From NCBI GenBank assembly GCA_046757525.1, contig JBHHYI010000130.1, positions 1 to 11,696 on the forward strand: 11,696 bases of DNA. The letters are read 5' to 3'. The DNA is from a bacterium (GTDB lineage Bacteria; Zhuqueibacterota; Zhuqueibacteria; Oceanimicrobiales; Oceanimicrobiaceae). Shown one piece after another: positions 1 to 7,996 of the stretch. The translations under genes and the position numbers were made by a program. The notes below the pieces were generated by a model, which did no database searches, was not told the origin of the DNA, and saw only the letters and a program-made list of their open reading frames with translations. Numbering within the stretch: position 1 is the first letter of the stretch; each line of letters opens with the position of its first letter.

Positions 1-110
1 CAACGATTGTGGCACAGGATTCTTCAAAACAGCCCCTTTAGCAGTAACAATTAAGGGTTCAAGAATTGGAGAAACTGGAAATTAAGAGCTTCTTTTTTTG
101 AAGAATTTTG

Positions 111-139
111 TTGTTTCAAAGGCTAATTTGTTCTATATT
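111..139 (+). promoter_or_regulatory. Putative sigma70-type promoter for the amidohydrolase gene
   Basis: TTGTTT (111-116), 17-nt spacer, TATATT (134-139), 47 nt upstream of the ATG at 187. The same -10 hexamer occurs upstream of tilS. Confidence 0.5.
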
Positions 140-186
140 GGCTGTCATATTAACGGACTTACGGACAAGGGTCGATAAAGAATATC

Positions 187-1374
187 ATGCATAATGGCAT
201 CGTCGAAAGAATTCGAGTCCTGTCGCAGGAATTCGAACCTGAACTCATTGAATTGCGGCGCACCTTTCATCGGTATCCCGAATTGAGCTGGCATGAGTTC
301 AGGACGGCCAAACGAATCGCCACCATTTTGGGCCAGGCAGGTTACACCGTAAACAGCGGCGTTGTCAAAACGGGCGTGGTGGCAGACTACGAGGGGCCGC
401 GAGAGGGGAAAACCCTGGCCATTCGTGCCGACATGGATGCCTTACCCATCGATGACGGCAAGAACGTGCCCTATGCTTCCCGAATTGCGGGCGCTCTACA
501 TGCTTGTGGTCACGATGCCCACATGGCCATTGCAGTGGGTGTGGCCAAGGCCCTGAAAAGGCTCAACGTGGACTTGCCCGGCAAGGTCCGCTTCATTTTT
601 CAACCGTCAGAAGAGTCGGTCCCAAGCGGGGCCAGGGAGTTGGTCAACTACGGGGTCATGGATGGTGTGGATGCTATCGTGGCTTTTCATGTGGAGCCGG
701 AATTATATGCTGGCTGCATTGGGCTACGGCAAGGTGTGCTGACCGCTCATTGCACTGAATTCAGTCTCACGCTCAGGGGCAAAAGCGGTCATGCAGCCAG
801 GCCGCATCAATCCATCGACACGATCTATTTGGGCTACCAGATCGTCGGCGCCCTTTATGACATTGTGAGCAAACGCAGACAACAATTAAGCCCGGCGGTA
901 TTAACCATTGGAAAGGTCCACGGCGGCACCAAAGCAAACGTGATTCCGGAAGAGGTGGAAATAGCAGGCACCATTCGTACTGTGGACGAACAGACCAAAG
1001 ATGAAATCCTCTCTGCGGTCGAAAAAAGAGTACACGAGTTAACACATGCTGCGGAAGGCAGGTACAAGTTAGATTTCAAGCCTCCAGTGCCTTCGGTGAT
1101 CAATGATGCGGAGCTGGTAGAACTGGTGCGCCAGGTCGGGGCCTGCTTGCAGCCGGACCTGGACATATTCGACATCCCGAATGTTAGCATGGGTGGCGAA
1201 GATTTCTCGTGGTACCAAACCAGTGCTCCGGGGGTTTTGATTCGGTTGGGGGCAAGAAAGGTGGGTGGAGATATTCGCCATCTGCACACCCACAACTTTG
1301 ACATCGACGAAAGAGCCATCCCCATAGGCGTGGCATTGATGACTCTGATCGCTGTGGACTATCTGCTGAGGTGA
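187..1374 (+). CDS. M20D-family metal-dependent amidohydrolase (Acy1/HipO/IAA-amino acid hydrolase-like), substrate unknown
   Basis: 395 aa with family motifs RRTFHRYPELSWHE, RADMDALP, HACGHDAH, FQPSEE, GKSGHAARPH, GGEDFS and C-terminal HTHNFDIDE. Confidence 0.92.
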   Translation: MHNGIVERIRVLSQEFEPELIELRRTFHRYPELSWHEFRTAKRIATILGQAGYTVNSGVVKTGVVADYEGPREGKTLAIRADMDALPIDDGKNVPYASRIAGALHACGHDAHMAIAVGVAKALKRLNVDLPGKVRFIFQPSEESVPSGARELVNYGVMDGVDAIVAFHVEPELYAGCIGLRQGVLTAHCTEFSLTLRGKSGHAARPHQSIDTIYLGYQIVGALYDIVSKRRQQLSPAVLTIGKVHGGTKANVIPEEVEIAGTIRTVDEQTKDEILSAVEKRVHELTHAAEGRYKLDFKPPVPSVINDAELVELVRQVGACLQPDLDIFDIPNVSMGGEDFSWYQTSAPGVLIRLGARKVGGDIRHLHTHNFDIDERAIPIGVALMTLIAVDYLLR

Positions 1375-1447
1375 GGTCAACAACTTTCTGACCACCTCCA
1401 AAAATTCCCCGTGGTTGCCCTCTACTTACAGGTTTCCCATCTAAGCG

Positions 1448-1476
1448 TTGAACATTGCGAAAAAACTTGTTATATT
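1448..1476 (+). promoter_or_regulatory. Putative sigma70-type promoter with extended -10 for the tilS operon
   Basis: TTGAAC (1448-1453), 17-nt spacer ending in TGT (TGn extension, 1468-1470), TATATT (1471-1476). The tilS ATG begins at 1483. Confidence 0.7.
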
Positions 1477-1482
1477 TAAAAA

Positions 1483-2877
1483 ATGGACTTACTCAAGCAA
1501 CTACAATCGCTGCTTCAGTCGGGAGAATTGGTGGCTCGAGGGGATAGAGTGTTGCTGGCTGTCTCTGGTGGCCTGGATTCTGTGGTGCTTCTGGATTTAT
1601 TCTCCAAGTTGAAGGCTCCTTTCGGTCTCTGGTTGGCAGTTGTTCACCTCAATCATGGGATTCGGGGCCGGGAAGCCGAGAGAGATCTAAACTTTGTAGG
1701 GGACCTGTCCGAGCGGTACGGCTTGCCGTTCTATCATGAACAGGCAGATGCTAAGAAACTGGCTCGCCAGCATCATTACTCGCTGGAAGAAAGCGCTCGC
1801 ATATTGCGTTATGAGTTTTACCAGTCGGCTCTGAAAAAATTTGACGCCAGACGTTTGGCTACCGGCCACACGGCCAATGACCAGGCTGAAACCATTCTGG
1901 ATCATTTTCTGCGTGGCTCCGGAATTTCCGGTTTGAGTGGCATGGCACAAATTCGTGGGCCATTTATACGGCCTCTCTTGACATTTAGTCGAGCAGCGTT
2001 AGAATCGTACGCAAGGGGAAATGGCCTCGAATATGTGCACGATTCCAGCAATAACGATTTGCAGTTTAAGCGAAATCGTATCCGGCACGAACTGATGCCT
2101 TATTTGCTAAGGCAATTTAACCCCAATCTGGTAGCAACATTAAATCGCACTGGCACCATATTTAGAGAGGCCGAAGAGTTGTTGAAGCGTGAAGCGAAAG
2201 CAATGTGGGATTCGGTGGTAACCTTGCACAAAAAAAATGAAATAATTCTTGATATTGATAGTTTTTTAAGTTACTTTATTATCTTAAAGAAGTACCTTTT
2301 ATTTCATGTTTTTGAACAGCTTTCCATCGACCGCAACGAGTTAAATTTCGAAAAGTTAGAGAGGATTCTACGGATCATTTCCAGGCCAAGAATTGGCAAA
2401 AGAATCATCATAAACCAGGATTGGCAATTGTCGATTGATCACGATGGCATTGTGATCGGGCGACGAAAAAAGAGTTTCTCAAAAATAGCGTTCACGGTGT
2501 CGGGCGAAGGTACTTTAAAATTTCAAGATTATTCATTTTGCTGGTCAATCATTGAAAAGTGCGACTTGGCAACGTTTGAGCATCAATCTAATGTTGAGTA
2601 TTTGGATTACGAACGCACGGGCAGTGAGCTTTTGCTCAGAAATTTCCAACCCGCTGATCGTTTTGTCCCGTTAAATTTTACGGGTCAGAAAAAAGTTGCC
2701 CGTTTTTTTTCAGACCGAAAAATCCCTCACCATCTTCGTGAAGAAATACCAATATTAGAATCTCAAAAAGGCATCGTTTGGATTTGTGGATATTGTATCG
2801 ACAATCGCTTTAAGGTAACTGCCAAGACGCACAAGATTTTGAAATTTGAAATGCAAGAGGCCGCTAATGCTCCTTGA
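1483..2877 (+). CDS. tilS: tRNA(Ile)-lysidine synthase
   Basis: PP-loop AVSGGLDS, HLNHGIR, EESARILRY, TGHTANDQAET, RPLL and DSSN...RNRIR motifs. C-terminal TilS_C-like domain (RNFQPADRF...KKV...IP...R..IPIL). Adjacent to hpt and ftsH. Confidence 0.97.
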   Translation: MDLLKQLQSLLQSGELVARGDRVLLAVSGGLDSVVLLDLFSKLKAPFGLWLAVVHLNHGIRGREAERDLNFVGDLSERYGLPFYHEQADAKKLARQHHYSLEESARILRYEFYQSALKKFDARRLATGHTANDQAETILDHFLRGSGISGLSGMAQIRGPFIRPLLTFSRAALESYARGNGLEYVHDSSNNDLQFKRNRIRHELMPYLLRQFNPNLVATLNRTGTIFREAEELLKREAKAMWDSVVTLHKKNEIILDIDSFLSYFIILKKYLLFHVFEQLSIDRNELNFEKLERILRIISRPRIGKRIIINQDWQLSIDHDGIVIGRRKKSFSKIAFTVSGEGTLKFQDYSFCWSIIEKCDLATFEHQSNVEYLDYERTGSELLLRNFQPADRFVPLNFTGQKKVARFFSDRKIPHHLREEIPILESQKGIVWICGYCIDNRFKVTAKTHKILKFEMQEAANAP

Positions 2878-3415
2878 AGAGACCTACAAACTTTTAAAGG
2901 ACGCAAAGCACAAGATCTTATTATCAGAGGACGAAATCAGGCGAAAGGTCAAGGAATTAGGGAAACAAATATCGAAAGACTATCGAGGAAAGTGTCCCAT
3001 ACTCATAGGGGTTCTTAATGGGAGCTTCATCTTTTGTGCAGACCTGTTCCGGGAAATCACGATTGACTGCGAAGTGGATTTCATCAAGATATCCAGCTAT
3101 GGCGAGGCCATGGAAACCTCGGGTGTCGTGAAATTGTTGAAAGACATCGATGCACATTTGGAAGATCGGCACATAATCGTGGTTGAGGATATCGTGGATT
3201 CTGGTTATTCCGTCAAGTTTTTAGAAAAGAAAATAAGGCAAGTTAAGCCCAAGTCCCTAAAATTCGTCTCACTGCTGGTGAAACAAGAAGGCGCCAAGGT
3301 TCCTTATGACATTCATTACATCGGTTTCAAGATTCCCAATCGTTTTGTGGTGGGCTACGGGTTGGATTACGCGCAAAAATTTCGCAATTTACCTGCCGTA
3401 TATTTGATGGAATAA
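2867..3415 (+). CDS. hpt: Hypoxanthine phosphoribosyltransferase
   Basis: PRPP-binding motif IVVEDIVDSG, plus GVLNGSFIF, SSYG and FVVGYGLDY..FRNLP. The ATG at 2867, preceded by GAGG (2857-2860), is preferred over the track's TTG at 2846. Overlaps the tilS 3' end by 11 nt. Confidence 0.96.
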   Translation: MLLEETYKLLKDAKHKILLSEDEIRRKVKELGKQISKDYRGKCPILIGVLNGSFIFCADLFREITIDCEVDFIKISSYGEAMETSGVVKLLKDIDAHLEDRHIIVVEDIVDSGYSVKFLEKKIRQVKPKSLKFVSLLVKQEGAKVPYDIHYIGFKIPNRFVVGYGLDYAQKFRNLPAVYLME

Positions 3416-3469
3416 AACGGGTGCAATCTCAATTAATTGAATCAAATTAAGAAACAAAACGGGAAGTAA

Positions 3470-5479
3470 TTGGATTTGAAGAATTATAAGAAAAGGAAAC
3501 CGATCAAGAACTCTCGTCGACCCAATGCTCCAAAGAAAGACGAGAATTTTCAGTGGAAGAAAGCGACCCGGACTTTGACCTTTTGGCTCATCATCATCAT
3601 CGTGGTTATTTGGTTCTCGCAAAAATTCAACCTTGAAGAGAAGCGGGAACCGGAAATTGATTATTCGCAGTTTATGGAGCATCTGGAAAACAAAGAGATC
3701 GTTAAAGCAATCATCGAGGATAAGGAGTTCCACGGTGAGTTGACGCGAGAGGCCCAGGGGGTGATCAAAGGCAAGCCGCAAACCTATCAAAGGTTCAAGG
3801 TTACGTTGCCGGAAGCCCCGGATGTGGCTGTTGCCGACAAGTGGCTAAATGATTATGGCGTGCAGTTGGAATTCAAGGAGATTTCCCATGATTGGTGGAA
3901 TTACATTTTGAATCTCTTGCCCTGGATTCTGCTGGGCGTCTTTTGGATTTTCATTCTTCGCAGAATGCAGGGAGGGGGCGCCAAGGGTATTTTTTCGTTT
4001 GGCCGGTCCCGGGCAAAACTGGCCACAGACAATCGCGTGAAAGTAACTTTTGACGATGTCGCTGGCGCCGATGAGGCCAAGCAAGAACTGATGGAGATCA
4101 TTGAATTCTTAAAAGAGCCGGAAAAGTTTCAAAAGCTGGGCGGCAAGATTCCCAAAGGCGCCTTGTTGCTCGGGCCGCCTGGAACGGGCAAAACCCTGCT
4201 GGCAAAAGCCGTTGCTGGTGAGGCTGGTGTGCCCTTTTTCAGCATGTCCGGCGCTGACTTCGTTGAGATGTTCGTTGGCGTTGGCGCCTCCCGTGTACGT
4301 GATCTGTTTGAACAGGGCAAGAAAAATGCGCCCTGCATCATTTTTATCGACGAAGTCGATGCGGTGGGGCGACACCGCGGGGCTGGTCTGGGCGGCGGCC
4401 ACGACGAGCGCGAACAGACGTTGAACCAGTTGCTGGTGGAAATGGATGGGTTTGATTCCAATGAAGGGGTCATTTTGATCGCCGCTACCAACCGTCCGGA
4501 TGTGTTGGACCAGGCACTCTTGCGTCCGGGACGATTTGACCGCCAGATCGTGGTGGACCGGCCTGACGTTCGAGGGCGCGAAGGCATTTTGAAGGTTCAT
4601 ACCAAAAACATTCCCATCTCTGAAGACGTGGAACTTTCGGTTTTGGCCAAAGGCTCGCCCGGCTTCTCCGGTGCCGATCTGGCCAATTTGGTCAACGAGG
4701 CTGCATTGAGCGCCGCCCGATATAACAAAAAATTTGTCGAGATGCGCGATTTTGAGGATGCCAAAGACAAGGTTATGATGGGCGTAGAAAGAAAAAGCAT
4801 GTTGATTAGCGAAGAGGAAAAAAGGCTCACGGCGTACCACGAAGCGGGCCACGTTCTGGTGGCTAAACATACGCCCCAATCCGATACCGTGCACAAGGTG
4901 ACGATTATTCCCAGAGGCCGCGCACTCGGGTTGACGACCACCTTGCCCATGGACGAGAAACACAATTATTCTCAAGCCTATTGTGAGTCGCAGTTGTGTC
5001 ACTTGCTGGGAGGCCGGGCAGCAGAAAAGCTGGTCATGAATGAATTGACCACCGGTGCCGGCAATGATATCGAACGGGCCACAGAATTAGCGCGCAAGAT
5101 GGTCTGTGAGTGGGGTATGAGCGAAAAGTTAGGCCCCCTGACTTTTGGCAAAAAGGAGGAGGAGATTTTTCTCGGCAGAGAGATTGCCCGGCATCGCGAC
5201 TATAGCGAAAGAACCGCACAGGTGATCGACGCAGAAGTGACAAAAATTGTGACCGCGGCTGAAGAGCAGGCGATGAAAATCGTTGAAGAGCATTTAGAGC
5301 AGCTACACGCTTTGGCAGAGGCCTTGTTAGAAAGAGAGATTTTAGACGGTGATGAAATCGATAAAATACTAAATGGCCAAACGTTAGGACCGGTCAAAGC
5401 CAAGAACGAAAAACAAAGAAATTCCAAAGGGTCCCGGCCTAAAAAGGATGACAGGATTAAGGAGAAAGCAGTTGTCTGA
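3470..5479 (+). CDS. ftsH: ATP-dependent zinc metalloprotease FtsH
   Basis: Two N-terminal TM segments, Walker A GPPGTGKT, Walker B IIFIDEVD, pore loop [32 protein letters not shown], zinc motif HEAGH and GAGNDI. TTG start preceded by GGGAAG. Confidence 0.98.
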   Translation: MDLKNYKKRKPIKNSRRPNAPKKDENFQWKKATRTLTFWLIIIIVVIWFSQKFNLEEKREPEIDYSQFMEHLENKEIVKAIIEDKEFHGELTREAQGVIKGKPQTYQRFKVTLPEAPDVAVADKWLNDYGVQLEFKEISHDWWNYILNLLPWILLGVFWIFILRRMQGGGAKGIFSFGRSRAKLATDNRVKVTFDDVAGADEAKQELMEIIEFLKEPEKFQKLGGKIPKGALLLGPPGTGKTLLAKAVAGEAGVPFFSMSGADFVEMFVGVGASRVRDLFEQGKKNAPCIIFIDEVDAVGRHRGAGLGGGHDEREQTLNQLLVEMDGFDSNEGVILIAATNRPDVLDQALLRPGRFDRQIVVDRPDVRGREGILKVHTKNIPISEDVELSVLAKGSPGFSGADLANLVNEAALSAARYNKKFVEMRDFEDAKDKVMMGVERKSMLISEEEKRLTAYHEAGHVLVAKHTPQSDTVHKVTIIPRGRALGLTTTLPMDEKHNYSQAYCESQLCHLLGGRAAEKLVMNELTTGAGNDIERATELARKMVCEWGMSEKLGPLTFGKKEEEIFLGREIARHRDYSERTAQVIDAEVTKIVTAAEEQAMKIVEEHLEQLHALAEALLEREILDGDEIDKILNGQTLGPVKAKNEKQRNSKGSRPKKDDRIKEKAVV

Positions 5480-5525
5480 AATGTTTTTCACACTGTGATT
5501 TTGGAAACGGTCAACATGCAATAAA

Positions 5526-7136
5526 ATGGTTAGCAAGTTTCTTGACCTGCCGGAATATGTGCACGTTGTTTTAGTTCTTTGGGGTGTTTCTATTTTTGTC
5601 GTTGGGTATTTTTATCGACATTCTCCAAAAAAGAACAGAGTTGGATTCATGGGCACGCTGACTGTGATAACAACTCTGTTTTTTTTTGTCCTGCTATATT
5701 TTTGGCAAAAAAATCGCATCGATTTTGATCCTGTTAGACTGGCCGTATTTCCATTTGCCGGGCATTTCGAAGACCAGGGCAGCCATCACTGGGAAGGATT
5801 TGCGCTTGCGGAAGCGACTACTCGGTACCTGTCTCAAATAGACCCGGAGCAACTATTCCCGTATGAAACCGCCTGGCTCTTTACGGCGTTGAACGCGGAT
5901 TCCATGACCTCGAAGGCCTATTTGCTGCGTTTTTCTAAAAGAGTCAAACTGGATTATGTTGTTGTTGGGAGTGTGCAAGAGACTTCGGCAAAACAATATC
6001 AGATTGAATCCCAACTAATTGCGGTTTCTAACCAAGAAGTCGTGGTCGATGAGCGGGAAAACGTGCCTCGCGATGGCTTGCTGTCCTTTACGAACAACCT
6101 GGGTGCTAAGGTTTCTGCCAAACTCATGGGCGGTCAGGGAAATGTCCCCCTGGGCAGCGACCAGCTTTTGGATTCAGGCGTGGTCGATTATTTTGTCGCG
6201 AAACAGTTGTTCTTGAATTCGCACTATGAGCAGGCCCTGGCCCATGCCGAAGCATCTTTCAAAGAGGACAGCACCTCGATTCAACGGCTGAATCTGCTCG
6301 CTGAAGTATTGCTTGGTATGGCGAATGAAAACTATCAGAACGGCAAGAATTCCTACTGGCAATATCAACAGGCAAAGGTTGCGCTGCAAAAAGTGCTCGC
6401 CCTTGATGCGTATGAGAGTCATGCCTTGCGACTTTTGGGCGAGCTGAACATAGAGGATCGCAAGTGGACTCAGGCCGAAAGTTATCTGAAGCAGGCAATA
6501 AAAGCAAATCCGTGGGATCCCAGAATTTATTATCTGCTTACGCAACTACACAGATCGCGCTACCGGGATTTAGGGTTTGCTAACGAGGAAGCCCTGTTGA
6601 AGCGCGCGATTTACATAAACCCTTGCTTTTTTGAGGCCCGGTTTGCACTGGCCAACTACTACGAAAAGAAGAAACGCCTCGATGTTTCCATCGATCTGGT
6701 CAAGGAGGTACTGAATATTAATCCCACCTCTATCGACGGTTTGATGGCCATCGGCAAACTCTATATGGCCCAAAATGACCTGCTGCATGTGCTGGAGACG
6801 TATGAAAAGCTGCTAAAATTACAGCCGGAGAACGCAGATGCTTATTACAATCTGGGCATCGTCTACTACCACTCCAAGGATTACGAGACGGCAATTAAAT
6901 TTTTTAAGCGGGCCATAGAAATTGGAGACCATCTCAATTCGCATCTTTTCCTGGCCTATATTTATGAGCTCCAGGGCAAAATGGGTTTGGCCGTGAAACA
7001 CCTCAGGATTCGCGTGCGCAAGCAGGTCAACGAACATGACGTCTATGCTGAAGAGGCCAGAAAGCATCTGTTCGAAATCATGCAACGAAAAGGCGTCATA
7101 GATAGTTTGTATTCCAGCTCAAACCACAAGAATTAG
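5526..7136 (+). CDS. Membrane-anchored tetratricopeptide-repeat protein with a TolB-N/FlgO-like alpha/beta domain
   Basis: Two hydrophobic N-terminal segments. LAVFPF...DYVVVGSV...YQIESQLI resembles TolB-N/CsgG/FlgO-type domains. Multiple TPR consensus units follow (e.g. AYYNLGIVYYHSKDYETAIKFFKRAIEI, AESYLKQAIKANP, VKEVLNINP). Exact start uncertain because there is no clear SD. Confidence 0.82.
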   Translation: MVSKFLDLPEYVHVVLVLWGVSIFVVGYFYRHSPKKNRVGFMGTLTVITTLFFFVLLYFWQKNRIDFDPVRLAVFPFAGHFEDQGSHHWEGFALAEATTRYLSQIDPEQLFPYETAWLFTALNADSMTSKAYLLRFSKRVKLDYVVVGSVQETSAKQYQIESQLIAVSNQEVVVDERENVPRDGLLSFTNNLGAKVSAKLMGGQGNVPLGSDQLLDSGVVDYFVAKQLFLNSHYEQALAHAEASFKEDSTSIQRLNLLAEVLLGMANENYQNGKNSYWQYQQAKVALQKVLALDAYESHALRLLGELNIEDRKWTQAESYLKQAIKANPWDPRIYYLLTQLHRSRYRDLGFANEEALLKRAIYINPCFFEARFALANYYEKKKRLDVSIDLVKEVLNINPTSIDGLMAIGKLYMAQNDLLHVLETYEKLLKLQPENADAYYNLGIVYYHSKDYETAIKFFKRAIEIGDHLNSHLFLAYIYELQGKMGLAVKHLRIRVRKQVNEHDVYAEEARKHLFEIMQRKGVIDSLYSSSNHKN

Positions 7137-7137
7137 C

Positions 7138-7995
7138 ATGCCTGGATTAACTTTGTCGTGTCGGGGCAAAGCTTTGGATTGTTCGGCGCGCACTTTGGTG
7201 ATGGGTGTCGTCAACTGTACTCCCGATTCGTTTTATTCTGGCAGTCGATATCCCAGGGCCGAAGAGGCCGTGGCAGCCGGGGCACGCATGGCGGAAGAAG
7301 GTGCCGATATTTTGGACATTGGTGGCGAGTCTTCTCGGCCTGGTGCCCGGCCTATCTCCGCGCAGGAGGAGCTTGAGCGGGTCATGCCTGTCCTCACGGG
7401 CCTTCTCGCAACGACCGACCTGCCCCTTTCTGTGGACACCTACAAATCTGAAGTGGCTGAGCAGGCGCTGGCGGCAGGCGCCCACATGCTGAACGATATC
7501 AGCGCCCTGCGTTTTGACGCCAGCATGGCCGAGGTGGCTGCAAAATTTGAGGTACCGGTCGTTCTCATGCACATCAAAGGTACGCCGACAAACATGCAGG
7601 AAAATCCTCATTACGCGGATCTGCTCGGTGAGCTGTTCCACTATTTTGAAGAAAGAATTGAGTTTGCGCTGCACAAAGGAATCAAAAAAGAGAACCTGGT
7701 GATCGATCCTGGCCTGGGTTTTGGCAAGCGATTAGGAGACAATTACGAGATTCTGCGCAGATTGAAGGAGTTGACTGTTTTCGGCTGTCCTATATTGGTC
7801 GGTCCTTCTCGCAAGTCGTTCATCAGCCGAGTCCTTGAACTTTCCCCTGAAGACGCCCTGGAAGGCACGATTGCGGCGGTAACCGTCGCCATCTTGAACG
7901 GGGCCAACATCGTGCGGGTGCACGACGTCAAGGCTATCCGGCGCGCGGTTCAGGTTGTGGATTGCATTGCTAACAGTTCGGAGCTTTTGAAATAA
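7138..7995 (+). CDS. folP: Dihydropteroate synthase
   Basis: MGVVNCTPDSF, DIGGESSRPG, SVDT, NDIS, VLMH, IDPGLGFGK, SRKSFI and RVHDV motifs. Confidence 0.97.
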   Translation: MPGLTLSCRGKALDCSARTLVMGVVNCTPDSFYSGSRYPRAEEAVAAGARMAEEGADILDIGGESSRPGARPISAQEELERVMPVLTGLLATTDLPLSVDTYKSEVAEQALAAGAHMLNDISALRFDASMAEVAAKFEVPVVLMHIKGTPTNMQENPHYADLLGELFHYFEERIEFALHKGIKKENLVIDPGLGFGKRLGDNYEILRRLKELTVFGCPILVGPSRKSFISRVLELSPEDALEGTIAAVTVAILNGANIVRVHDVKAIRRAVQVVDCIANSSELLK

Positions 7996-7996
7996 G

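Noticed and set aside
1..85. Possible 3' end of an upstream CDS (stops at 39-41, 52-54 or 83-85 depending on frame)
   Set aside because: Too short to identify a frame or product.
153..166. Tandem ACGGAC repeat in the amidohydrolase leader
   Set aside because: Only two 6-mers; plausible by chance and matches no motif I recognise.
2228..2345. Very AT-rich patch and A8 run inside tilS
   Set aside because: Frame is intact and encodes an I/F/L/K-rich linker region; no sign of insertion or frameshift.
2846..2866. Track's TTG start for hpt
   Set aside because: The ATG at 2867 has a GAGG SD and gives a typical Hpt length. tilS and hpt are overlapping separate genes in different frames, not a fusion.
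3588..3601. (ATC)4 microsatellite in ftsH
   Set aside because: In-frame Ile run within TM1; not a contingency locus.
4109..5002. 297-aa antisense ORF and the other minus-strand or nested ORFs (e.g. 7147-7674, 10159-10731, 10978-11469)
   Set aside because: They lie entirely opposite or within well-conserved genes and have no recognisable motifs; typical shadow ORFs.
5679..5687. T9 tract near the 5' end of the TPR gene as a phase-variation site
   Set aside because: Explained by Phe-Phe-Phe in a TM helix; frame is intact and there is no read-level evidence of length variation.
7138..7995. DHPS as a sul-type sulfonamide-resistance gene
   Set aside because: Housekeeping context, no mobile element, and an ordinary DPGLGFGK motif without the Sul-type insertion.
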